Positions 52,001 through 64,000 of a stretch of 64,000 nt of DNA are shown in pieces. The position numbers were made by a program, and so were the translations under genes. The notes below the pieces were generated by a model. That model saw nothing but the letters and a program-made list of their open reading frames with translations, was not told the origin of the DNA and searched no databases. This stretch comes from Eledone cirrhosa (lineage: Eukaryota), in NCBI GenBank assembly GCA_964016885.1, contig CAXHJY010000096.1:1116001-1180000 (forward strand), read 5' to 3'. The first letter of the stretch is position 1; every line of letters starts with the position of its first letter.

Positions 52001-55000
52001 AAGGGGCTATAATTTCCAGCGTCCAAGGGGAGATAATTTCCAGCCAGCGAAGGGGAGATAATTTTTTTTTAAAAATCATTGGGAGATTTGTAAAAAAAAT
52101 CAGGGGGAGATAATTTGTAAAAAAAATCAAGGGGAGATAATTTCCAGCCGTCCAAGGGGAGGTAATATCTAGCCGTCCAAGGGGAGATAATTTCCAGCCG
52201 TCCAAGGGGAGATAATTTCCAGCCGTCCAAGGGTAGATAATATCCAGCCGTCCAAGGACATATTTTCCAGCCGTCCAAGGAGGGGTAATTTCTAGCCGTC
52301 CAAGGGGAGATAAATTCCAGCCTCCAAGGTGAGATAATTTCCAGCCAGCCAAGGGGAGATAATTTGTAAAAAAATCAGGGGGAGATAATTTGTAAAAAAA
52401 ATCAGGGGGAGATAATTTGTAAAAAAAAATCAGGGGGAGATAATTTGTAAAAAAAATCAGGGGGAGATAATTTGTAAAAAAAAATCAGGGGGAGATAATT
52501 TGTAAAAAAAATCAAGGGGAGATAATTTGTAAAAAAAAATCAGGGGGAGATAATTTGTAAAAAAAATCAGGGGGAGATAATTTGTAAAAAAAATCAGGGG
52601 GAGATAATTTGTAAAAAAAAATCAGGGGTAGATAAATTGTAAAAAAAAATCAGGGGGAGATAATTTGTAAAAAAAATCAGGGGGAGATAATTTGTAAAAA
52701 AAATGAAAGGGGAGATAATATCCAGCCGTCCAAGGGGAGATAATTTCCAGCCGTCCAAGGGGAGATAATTTCCAGCCGTCCAAGGGGAGATAATTTCCAT
52801 CCTTCCAAGGGGATATAATTTCCAGCCGTCCAAGGGGAGATAATTTCCCGCCAGCCAAGGGAAGATAATTTTTAAAAAAATCAGGCGGAGATTGTAAAAA
52901 AAATCAGGGGGGAGATAATTTGTAAAAAAATCAGGGGGAGATAATTTGTAAAAAAAAATCAGGGGGAGATAATTTGTAAAAAATAATCAGGGGGAGATAA
53001 TTTGTAAAAAAAAATCAAGGGGAGATAATTTCCAGCCGTCCAAGGGGAGATAATTTCCCGCCAGCCAAGGGAAGATAATATTTAAAAAAATTAGGCGGAG
53101 ATAATTTGTAAAAAAAATCAGGGGGAGATAATTTGTAAAAAAATCAGGGGGAGATAATTTGTAAAAAAAATCAGGGGGAGATAATTTGTAAAAAAAATCA
53201 TGGGGAGATAATTTGTAAAAAAAAATCAGGGGTAGATAATTTGTAAAAAAAAATCAGGGGGAGATAATTTGTAAAAAAAAATCAGGGGGAGATAATTTGT
53301 AAAAAAAATCAAGGGGAGATAATTTCCAGCCGTCCAAGGGGAGATAATTTTCAGCTGTCCAAGGAGAGGTAATTTCTAGCCGTCCAAGGGGAGATAATTT
53401 CCAGCCGTCCAAGGGGAGGTAATTTCCAGCCGTCCAAGGGGAGATAATTTTAAAAAAAAAATCAGGCGGAGATAATTTGTAAAAAAAATCAAGGGGAGAT
53501 AATTTGCAGCCGTCCAAGGGGAGATAATTTTCAGTCGTCCAAGGAGAGGTAATTTCTAGCCGTCCAAGGGGAGATAATTGCCAGCCGTCCAAGGGGAGAT
53601 AATTTCCAGCCGTCCAAGGGGAGATAATTTTTTTTAAAAAATCAGGCGGAGATAATTTGTAAAAAAAATCAGGGGGAGATAATTTGTAAACAAAATCAGG
53701 GGGAGATAATTTGTAAAAAAAAATCAGGGGGAGATAATTTGTAAAAAAAATCATGGAGAGATAATTTCCAGCCGTCCAAGGTGAGATAATTTCCAGCCGT
53801 CCAAGGAGACATATTTTCCAGCCGTCCAAGGCGAGGTAATTTCTAGCCGTCCAAGGGGAGATAAATTCCAGCCTCCAAGGGGAGATAATTTCCAGCCAGC
53901 CAAGTGGAGATAATTTGTAAAAAAATCAGGGGGAGATAATTTGTAAAAAATATCAGGGAGATAATTTGTAAAAAAAAATCAGGGGGAGATAATTTGTAAA
54001 AAAAATCAGGGGGAGATAATTTGTAAAAAAAAATCAGGGGGAGATAATTTGTAAAAAAAATCAAGGGGAGATAATTTCCAGCCGTCCAAGGGGAGATAAT
54101 TTTCAGCCGTCCAAGGGGAGATAATTTCCCGCCAGCCATGGGAAGATAATATTTAAAAAAATCAGGCGGAGATAATTTGTAAAAAAAATCAGGGGGAGAT
54201 AATTTGTAAAAAAATCAGGGGGAGATAATTTGTAAAAAAAAAATCAGGGGGAGACAATTTGTAAAAAAAATCAGGGGGAGATAATTTGTAAAAAAAAATC
54301 AGGGGTAGATAATTTGTAAAAAAAAATCAGGGGGAGATAATTTGTAAAAAAAAATCAGGGGGAGATAATTTGTAAAAAAATGAAAGGGGAGATAATATCC
54401 AGCCGTCCAAGGGGAGATAATTTCCAGCCGTCCAAGGGGATATAATTTCCAGCCGTCCAAGGGGAGATAATTTCCATCCTTCCAAGGGGATATAATTTCC
54501 AGCCGTCCAAGGGGAGATAATTTCCCGCCAGTCAAGGGAAGGTAATTTTTAAAAAAATCAGGCGGAGATTGTAAAAAAAATCAGGGGGGAGATAATTTGT
54601 AAAAAAATCAGAAGGAGATAATTTGTAAAAAATAATCAGGGGGAGATAATTTGTAAAAAAATTCAAGGGGAGATAATTTCCAGCCGTCCAAGGGGAGATA
54701 ATTTCCCGCCAGCCAAGGGAAGATAATATTTAAAAAAATTAGGCGGAGATAATTTGTAAAAAAAATCAGGGGGAGATAATTTGTAAAAAAATCAGGGGGA
54801 GATAATTTGTAAAAAAAATCAGGGGGAGATAATTTGTAAAAAAAATCATGGGGAGATAATTTGTAAAAAAAAATCAGGGGTAGATAATTTGTAAAAAAAA
54901 ATCAGGGGGAGATAATTTGTAAAAAAAAATCAGGGGGAGATAATTTGTAAAAAAAATCAAGGGGAGATAATATCCAGCCGTCCAAGGAGAGATAATTTAA

Positions 55001-58000
55001 AAAAAAAATGAGGCGGAGATAATTTGTAAAAAAAAAATCAGGGGGAGTTAATTTGTAAAAAAAAATGAGGGGGAGATAATTTGTAAAAAAAATCAAGGGG
55101 AGATAATTTCCAGCCGTCCAAGGGGAGATAATTTTCAGCCGTCCAAGGAGAGGTAATTTCTAGCCGTCCAAGGGGAGATAATTTCCAGCCGTCCAAGGGG
55201 AGGTAATTTCCAGCCGTCCAAGGGGAGATAAATTAAAAAAAAAATCAGGCGGAGATAATTTGTAAAAAAAATCAAGGGGAGATAATTTGCAGCCGTCCAA
55301 TGGGAGATAATTTTCAGTCGTCCAAGGAGAGGTAATTTCTAGCCGTCCAAGGGGAGATAATTTCCAGCCGTCCAAGGGGAGATAATTTCCAGCCGTCCAA
55401 GGGGAGATAATTTTTTTTTAAAAATCAGGCGGAGATAATTTGTAAAAAAAATCAGGGGGAGATAATTTGTAAACAAAATCAGGGGAAGATAATTTGTAAA
55501 AAAAAATCAGGGGGAGATAATTTGTAAAAAAAATTAGGCGTAGATAATTTGTAAAAAAAAATCAGGGGGAGATAATTTGTAAAAAAAAATCAGGGGGAGA
55601 TAATTTGTTTAAAAAATCAAGGGGAGATAATTTGCAGCCGTCCAAGGGGAGATAATTTTCAGCCGTCCAAGGAGAGGTAATTTCTAGCCGTTCAAGGGGA
55701 GATAATTTCCAGCCGTCCAAGGGGAGATAATTTCCAGCCGTCCAAGGGGAGATAATTTTTTTTAAAAAATCAGGCGGAGATAATTTGTAAAAAAAAATCA
55801 GGGGGAGATAATTCGTAAAAAAAATCAGGGGGAGATAATTTGTAAAAAAAAATCAGGGGGAGATAATTTGTAAAAAAAATCAAGGGGAGATAATTTCCAG
55901 CCGTCCAAGGGGAGATAATTTCCAGCCGTCCAAGGAGACATATTTTCCAGCCGTCCAAGGCGAGGTAATTTCTAGCCGTCCAAGGGGAGATAAATTCCAG
56001 CCTCCAAGGGGAGATAATTTCCAGCCAGCCAAGGGGAGATAATTTGTAAAAAAATCAGGGGGAGATAATTTGTAAAAAATATCAGGGAGATAATTTGTAA
56101 AAAAAAATCAGGGGGAGATAATTTGTAAAAAAAATCAGGGGGAGATAATTTGTAAAAAAAAATCAGGGGGAGATAATTTGTAAAAAAAATCAAGGGGAGA
56201 TAATTTCCAGCCGTCCAAGGGGAGATAATTTTCAGCCGTCCAAGGAGAGGTAATTTCTAGCCGTCCGAGGAGAGATAATTTCCAGCCGTCCAAGGGGAGA
56301 TAATTTCCAGCCGTCCAAGGGGAGATAATTTCCAGCCGTCCAAGGAGACATATTTTCCAGCCGTCCAAGGAGAGGTAATTTCTAGCCGTCCAAGGGGAGA
56401 TAAATTCCAGCCTCCAAGGGGAGATAATTTCCAGCCAGCCAAGGGGAGATAATTTGTAAAAAAATCAGGGGGAGATAATTTGCAAAAAAAATCAGGGGGA
56501 GATAATTTGTAAAAAAATCAGGGGGAGATAATTTGTGAAAAAATAATCAGGGGGAGATAATTTCCAGCCGTCGAAGGGGAGATAATTTAAAAAAAAATCA
56601 GGCGGAGATAATTTGTAAAAAAAAATCAGGGGGAGATAATTTGTAAAAAAAAATCAGGGGGAGATAATTTGTAAAATAAATCAAGGGGAGATAATTTCCA
56701 GCCGTCCAAGGGGAGATAATTTTCAGCCGTCCAAGGGGAGATAATTTCCCGCCAGCCAAGGGAAGATAATATTTAAAAAAATCAGGCGGAGATAATTTGT
56801 AAAAAAAATCAGGGGGAGATAATTTGTAAAAAAATCAGGGGGAGATAATTTGTAAAAAAAAATCAGGGGGCGATAATTTGTAAAAAAAATCAGGGGGAGA
56901 TAATTTGTAAAAAAAAATCAGGGGGAGATAATTTGTAAAAAAAAATCAGGGGGCGATAATTTGTAAAAAAAATCAGGGGGAGATAATTTTTTTTTCAAAA
57001 TCATTGGGAGATTTGTAAAAAAAATCAGGGGGAGATAATTTGTAAAAAAAATCAAGGGGAGATAATTTCCAGCCGTCCAAGGGGAGGTAATATCTAGCCG
57101 TCCAAGGGGAGATAATTTCCAGCCGTCCAAGGGTAGATAATATCCAGCCGTCCAAGGACATATTTTCCAGCCGTCCAAGGAGAGGTAATTTCTAGCCGTC
57201 CAAGGGGAGATAAATTCCAGCCTCCAAGGGGAGATAATTTCCAGCCAGCCAAGGGGAGATAATTTGTAAAAAAATCAGGGGGAGATAATTTGTAAAAAAA
57301 ATCAGGGGGAGATAATTTGTAAAAAAAAATCAGGGGGAGATAATTTGTAAAAAAAAATCAGGGGGAGATAATTTGTAAAAAAAATCAGGGGGAGATAATT
57401 TGTAAAAAAAATCAAGGGGAGATCATTTCCAGCCGTCCAAGGGAGATAATTTTCAGCCGTCCAAGGGGAGATAATTTCCCGCCAGCCAAGGGAAGATAAT
57501 ATTTAAAAAAATCAGGCGGAGATAATTTGTAAAAAAAATCAGGGGGAGATAATTTGTAAAAAAATCAGGGGGAGATAATTTGTAAAAGAAAAATCAGGGG
57601 GAGATAATTTGTAAAAAAAATCAGGGGGAGATAATTTGTAAAAAAAAATCAGGGGTAGATAATTTGTAAAAAAAAATCAGGGGGAGATAATTTGTAAAAA
57701 AAATCAGAGGGAGATAATTTGTAAAAAAAATGAAAGGGGAGATAATATCCAGCCGTCCAAGGGGAGATAATTTCCAGCCGTCCAAGGGGAGATAATTTCC
57801 AGCCGTCCAAGGGGAGATAATTTCCATCCTTCCAAGGGGATATAATTTCCAGCCGTCCAAGGGGAGATAATTTCCCGCCAGCCAAGGTAAGATAATTTTT
57901 AAAAAAATCAGGCGGAGATTGTAAAAAAAATCAGGGGGGAGATAATTTGTAAAAAAATCAGGGGGAGATAATTTGTAAAAAAAAATCAGGGGGAGATAAT

Positions 58001-61000
58001 TTGTAAAAAATAATCAGGGGGAGATAATTTGTAAAAAAAAATCAAGGGGAGATAATTTCCAGCCGTCCAAGGGGAGATAATTTCCCGCCAGCCAAGGGAA
58101 GATAATATTTAAAAAAATTAGTCGGAGATAATTTGTAAAAAAAATCAGGGGGAGATAATTTGTAAAAAAATCAGGGGGAGATAATTTGTAAAAAAAATCA
58201 GGGGGAGATAATTTGTAAAAAAAATCATGGGGAGATAATTTGTAAAAAAAAATCAGGGGTAGATAATTTGTAAAAAAAAATCAGGGGGAGATAATTTGTA
58301 AAAAAAATCAGGGGGAGATAATTTGTAAAAAAAATCAAGGGGAGATAATTTCCAGCCGTCCAAGGGGAGATAATTTTCAGCCGTCCAAGAAGAGGTAATT
58401 TCTAGCCGTCCAAGGGGAGATAATTTCCAGCCGTCCAAGGGGAGGTAATTTCCAGCCGTCCAAGGGGAGATAATTTTTAAAAAAAAATCAGGCGGAGATA
58501 ATTTGTAAAAAAAATCAAGGGGAGATACTTTGCAGCCGTCCAAGGGGAGATAATTTTCAGTCGTCCAAGGAGAGGTAATTTCTAGCCGTCCAAGGGGAGA
58601 TAATTTCCAGCCGTCCAAGGGGAGATAATTTCCATCCGTCCAAGGGGAGATAATTTTTTTTTAAAAATCAGGCGGAGATAATTTGTAAAAAAAATCAGGG
58701 GGAGATAATTTGTAAACAAAATCAGGGGGAGATAATTTGTAAAAAAAAATCAGGGGGAGATAATTTGTAAAAAAAATCAAGGAGAGATAATTTCCAGCCG
58801 TCCAAGGGAAGATAATTTCCAGCCGTCCAAGGAGACATATTTTCCAGCCGTCCAAGGCGAGGTAATTTCTAGCCGTCCAAGGGGAGATAAATTCCAGCCT
58901 CCAAGGGGAGATAATTTCCAGCCAGCCAAGGGGAGATAATTTGTAAAAAAATCAGGGGGAGATAATTTGTAAAAAATATCAGGGAGATAATTTGTAAAAA
59001 AAAATCAGGGGGAGATAATTTGTAAAAAAAATCAGGGGGAGATAATTTGTAAAAAAAAATCAGGGGGAGATAATTTGTAAAAAAAATCAAGGGGAGATAA
59101 TTTCCAGCCGTCCAAGGGGAGATAATTTTCAGCCGTCCAAGGAGAGGTAATTTCTAGCCGTCCGAGGAGAGATAATTTCCAGCCGTCCAAGGGGAGATAA
59201 TTTCCAGCCGTCCAAGGGGAGATAATTTCCAGCCGTCCAAGGAGACATATTTTCCAGCCGTCCAAGGAGAGGTAATTTCTAGCCGTCCAAGGGGAGATAA
59301 ATTCCAGCCTCCAAGGGGAGATAATTTCCAGCCAGCCAAGGGGAAATAATTTGTAAAAAAATCAGGGGGAGATAATTTGCAAAAAAAATCAGGGGGAGAT
59401 AATTTGTAAAAAAAATCAGGGGGAGATAATTTGTAAAAAATAATCAGGGGGAGATAATTTCCAGCCGTCCAAGGGGAGATAATTTAAAAAAAAATCAGGC
59501 GGAGATAATTTGTAAAAAAAAATCAGGGGGAGATAATTTGTAAAAAAAAATCAGGGGGAGATAATTTGTAAAAAAAATCAAGGGGAGATAATTTCCAGCC
59601 GTCCAAGGGGAGATAATTTTCAGCCGTCCAAGGGGAGATAATTTCCCGCCAGCCAAGGGAAGATAATATTTAAAAAAATCAGGGGGAGATAATTTGTAAA
59701 AAAAATCAGGGGGAGATAATTTGTAAAAAAAAATCAGGGGGAGATAATTTGTAAAAAAAAATCAGGGTGAGATAATTTGCAAAAAAAATCAGGGGGAGAT
59801 AATTTGTAAAAAAAAATCAGGGGTAGATAATTTGTAAAAAAAAATCAGGGGGAGATAATTTGTAAAAAAAAATCAGGGGGAGATAATTTGTAAAAAAAAT
59901 CAAGGGGAGATAATTTCCAGCCGTCCAAGGAGAGATAATTTAAAAAAAAATCAGGCGGAGATAATTTGTAAAAAAAAATCAGGGGGAGATAATTTGTAAA
60001 AAAAATCAGGGGGAGATAATTTGTAAAAAAAAATCAGGGGTAGATAATTTGTAAAAAAAAATCAGGGGGAGATAATTTGTAAAAAAAAATCAGGAGGAGA
60101 TAATTTGTAAAAAAAATCAAGGGGAGATAATTTCCAGCCGTCCAAGGAGAGATAATTTTAAAAAAAATCAGGCGGAGATAATTTGTAAAAAAAAATCAGG
60201 GGGAGATAATTTGTAAAAAAAAATCAGGGGGAGATAATTTGTAAAAAAAATCAAGGGGAGATAATTTCCAGCCGTCCAAGGGGAGATAATTTTCAGCCGT
60301 CCAAGGGGAGATAATTTCCCGCCAGCGAAGGGAAGATAATATTCAAAAAAATCAGGCGGAGATAATTTGTAAAAAAAATCAGGGGGAGATAATTTGTAAA
60401 AAAATCAGGGGGAGATAATTTGTAAAAAAAAAAATCAGGGGGAGATAATTTGTAAAAAAAATCAGGGGGAGATAATTTGTAAAAAAAAATGAGGGGTAGA
60501 TAATTTGTAAAAAAAAATCAGGGGGAGATAATTTGTAAAAAAAAATCAGGGGGAGATGATTTGTAAAAAAAATGAAAGGGGAGATAATATCCAGCCGTCC
60601 AAGGGGAGATAATTTCCAGCCGTCCAAGGGGAGATAATTTCCAGCCGTCCAAGGGGAGATAATTTCCATCCTTCCAAGGGGATATAATTTCCAGCCGTCC
60701 AAGGGGAGATAATTTCCATCCTTCCAAGGGGATATAATTTCCAGCCGTCCAAGGGGAGATAATTTTCAGCCGTCCAAGGAGAGGTAATTTCTAGCCGTCC
60801 AAGGAGAGATAATTTCCAGCCGTCCAAGGGGAGATAATTTCCAGCCGTCCAAGGGGAGATAATTTCCAGCCGTCCAAGGAGACATATTTTCCAGCCGTCC
60901 AAGGAGAGGTAATTCCTAGCCGTCCAAGGGGAGATAAATTCCAGCCTCCAAGGGGAGATAATTTGTAAAAAAAATCAGGGGGAGATAATTTGTAAAAAAA

Positions 61001-61860
61001 ATCAGGGGGAGATAATTTGTAAAAAAAATCAGGGGGAGATAATTTGTAAAAAAAAATCAGGGGTAGATAATTTGTAAAAAATAATCAGGGGGAGATAATT
61101 TGTAAAAAAAATCAAGGGGAGATAATTTCCAGCCGTCCAAGGGGAGATAATTTTCAGCCGTCCAAGGGGAGATAATTTCCCGCCAGCCAAGGGAAGATAA
61201 TATTTAAAAAAATTAGGCGGAGATAATTTGTAAAAAAAATCAGGGGGAGATAATTTGTAAAAAAATCAGGGGGAGATAATTTGTAAAAAAAATCAGGGGG
61301 AGATAATTTGTAAAAAAAATCAGGGGGAGATAATTTGTAAAAAAAAATCAGGGGGAGATAATTTGTAAAAAAAATCAAGGGGAGATAATTTCCAGCCGTC
61401 CAAGGGAAGATAATTTCCAGCCCTCCAAGGGGCTATAATTTCCAGCGTCCAAGGGGAGATAATTTCCAGCCAGCGAAGGGGAGATAATTTTTTTTAAAAA
61501 ATCATTGGGAGATTTGTAAAAAAAATCAGGGGGAGATAATTTGTAAAAAAAATCAAGGGGAGATAATTTCCAGCCGTCCAAGGGGAGGTAATATCTAGCC
61601 GTCCAAGGGGAGATAATTTCCAGCCGTCCAAGGGGAGATAATTTCCAGCCGTCCAAGGGTAGATAATATCCAGCCGTCCAAGGACATATTTTCCAGCCGT
61701 CCAAGGAGAGGTAATTTCTAGCCGTCCAAGGGGAGATAAATTCCAGCCTCCAAGGTGAGATAATTTCCAGCCAGCCAAGGGGAGATAATTTGTAAAAAAA
61801 TCAGGGGGAGATAATTTGTAAAAAAAATCAGGGGGAGATAATTTGTAAAAAAAAATCAGG
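42775..61860 (+). repeat. Tandem duplication with a 9,426-9,428 bp period (two complete copies)
   Basis: ORF pairs 43166/52594, 44871/54299, 46545/55972, 48194/57621, 49235/58661 and 51728/61154. Private markers GAGACAATTT (44823/54251), GAGATCATTTCC (~47992/57419), GATACTTTGC (49098/~58524) and GGGGAAATAAT (49914/59340). Confidence 0.92.
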
Positions 61861-64000
61861 GGGAGATAATTTGTAAAAAAAAATCAGGGGGAGATAATTT
61901 GTAAAAAAAAATCAGGGGGAGATAATTTGTAAAAAAATCAAGGGGAGATAATTTCCAGCCGTCCAAGGGGAGATAATTTTCAGCCGTCCAAGGGGAGATA
62001 ATTTCCCGCCAGCCAAGGGAAGATAATATTTGAAAAAATCAGGCGGAGATAATTTGTAAAAAAAATCAGGGGGAGATAATTTGTAAAAAAATCAGGGGGA
62101 GATAATTTGTAAAAAAAAAATCATGGGGAGATAATTTGTAAAAAAAATCAGGGGGAGATAATTTGTAAAAAAAAATCAGGGGTAGATAAATTGTAAAAAA
62201 AAATCAGGGGGAGATAATTTGTAAAAAAAATCAGGGGGAGATAATTTGTAAAAAAAATGAAAGGGGAGATAATATCCAGCCGTCCAAGGGGAGATAATTT
62301 CCAGCCGTCCAAGGGGAGATAATTTCCAGCCGTCCAAGGGGAGATAATTTCCATCCTTCCAAGGGGATATAATTTCCAGCCGTCCAAGGGGAGATAATTT
62401 CCCGCCAGCCAAGGGAAGATAATTTTTAAAAAAATCAGGCGGAGATTGTAAAAAAAATCAGGGGGGAGATAATTTGTAAAAAAATCAGGGGGAGATAATT
62501 TGTAAAAAAAAATCAGGGGGAGATAATTTGTAAAAAATAATCAGGGGGAGATAATTTGTAAAAAAAAATCAAGGGGAGATAATTTCCAGCCGTCCAAGGG
62601 GAGGTAATATCTAGCCGTCCAAGGGGAGATAATTTCCAGCCGTCCAACGGGAGATAATTTCCAGCCGTCCATGGGTAGATAATATCCAGCCGCCCAAGGA
62701 CATATTTTCCAGCCGTCCAAGGAGAGGTAATTTCTAGCCGTCCAAGGGGAGATAATTACAGCCGTCCAAGGGTAGATAATATCCAGCCGTCCAAGGACAT
62801 ATTTTCCAGCCGTCCAAGGAGAGGTAATTTCTAGCCGTCCAAGGGGAGATAAATTCCAGCCTCCAAGGGGAGATAATTTCCAGCCAGCCAAGGGGAGATA
62901 ATTTGTAAAAAAATCAGGGGGAGATAATTTGTAAAAAAATCAGGGGGAGATAATTTGTAAAAAAAATCAGGGGGAGATAATTTGTAAAAAAAAATCAGGG
63001 GGAGATAATTTGCAAAAAAAATCAGGGGGAGATAATTTGTAAAAAAAAATCAGGGGTAGATAATTTGTAAAAAAAAATCAGGGGGAGATAATTTGTAAAA
63101 AAAAATCAGGGGGAGATAATTTGTAAAAAAAATCAAGGGGAGATAATTTCCAGCCGTCCAAGGGAAGATAATTTCCAGCCCTCCAAGGGGCTATAATTTC
63201 CAGCGTCCAAGGGGAGATAATTTCCAGCCAGCGAAGGGGAGATAATTTTTTTTTTAAAATCATTGGGAGATTTGTAAAAAAAATCAGGGGGAGATAATTT
63301 GCAAAAAAAATCAAGGGGAGATAATTTCCAGCCGTCCAAGGGGAGGTAATATCTAGCCGTCCAAGGGGAGATAATTTCCAGCCGTCCAACGGGAGATAAT
63401 TTCCAGCCGTCCATGGGTAGATAATATCCAGCCGCCCAAGGACATATTTTCCAGCCGTCCAAGGAGAGGTAATTTCTAGCCGTCCAAGGGGAGATAATTT
63501 CCAGTCGTCCAAGGGTAGATAATATCCAGCCGTCCAAGGACATATTTTCCAGCCGTCCAAGGAGAGGTAATTTCTAGCCGTCCAAGGGGAGATAAATTCC
63601 AGCCTCCAAGGGGAGATAATTTCCAGCCAGCCAAGGGGAGATAATTTGTAAAAAAATCAGGGGGAGATAATTTGTAAAAAAAATCAGGGGGAGATAATTT
63701 GTAAAAAAAAATCAGGGGGAGATAATTTGTAAAAAAAAATCAGGGGGAGATAATTTGCAAAAAAAATCAGGGGGAGATAATTTGTAAAAAAAAATCAGGG
63801 GTAGATAATTTGTAAAAAAAAATCAGGGGGAGATAATTTGTAAAAAAAAATCAGGGGGAGATAATTTGTAAAAAAAATCAAGGGGAGATAATTTCCAGCC
63901 GTCCAAGGAGAGATAATTTTAAAAAAAATCAGGCGGAGATAATTTGTAAAAAAAAATCAGGGGGAGATAATTTGTAAAAAAAATCAGGGGGAGATAATTT

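Larger units (their letters stand above)
1..64000 (+). repeat. Composite satellite array of two interspersed monomers (A 25 bp, B 26-30 bp) sharing the core GGGGAGATAATTT; runs off both window ends
   Basis: GGAGATAATTT or a close variant recurs every 23-30 bp from the first to the last line, always on the + strand. No inversion or unique insert was seen by eye. Confidence 0.98.

Noticed and set aside
196-63560. Numerous minus-strand ORFs of 61-204 aa (LDGWKLSPLGRLEIISPWTAGNYLP and YKLSPPDFF repeats)
   Set aside because: The reverse complement of the 25-bp A monomer has no stop codon, so all three frames give the same 25-aa cycle. The ORFs overlap in all frames, mostly start at TTG, and are broken by 23-30 bp unit-length variation. 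There is no frame preservation or domain signal. The + strand is closed by the TAA in GATAAT.
1-64000. CRISPR-like constant repeat plus variable spacer
   Set aside because: The core is only 13 bp and the 'spacers' are two recurring 12-17 bp tails, not unique sequences. There is no leader and there are no cas genes.
1-64000. Whole array as a sequencing or assembly artefact, or a synthetic data-encoding construct
   Set aside because: Hierarchical shared variants, copy-specific SNPs and regionally confined alleles look like natural satellite evolution. The copy number of individual duplications still needs read-level confirmation.

Overview
The whole 64-kb window is one uninterrupted, single-orientation tandem repeat array, most plausibly eukaryotic satellite DNA. 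The organism and locus cannot be identified from the sequence. I found no genes, RNA genes, transposon fragments or unique sequence. The array is built from two short monomers that share the 13-bp core GGGGAGATAATTT: type A is GGGGAGATAATTTCCAGCCGTCCAA (25 bp) and type B is GGGGGAGATAATTTGT(A)7-11TCA (26-30 bp). There are roughly 2,400-2,500 monomers (estimate: 64,000/~26). They alternate in runs of about 1-16 A units and 1-12 B units. Variant monomers form fixed multi-unit cassettes, which are shuffled and amplified in nested higher-order duplications with offsets of about 0.5, 0.8-0.9, 1.66, 2.42, 3.30, 7.5, 8.27, 9.43 and 10.2 kb. All listed ORFs are repeat artefacts. The notable properties are structural: a two-monomer grammar, junction-specific monomers, heritable A-tract length patterns, T/A junctions that slide at constant total length, recombination scars at the shared core, and a GATA-type motif in nearly every monomer. 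No new protein-coding system can be supported.
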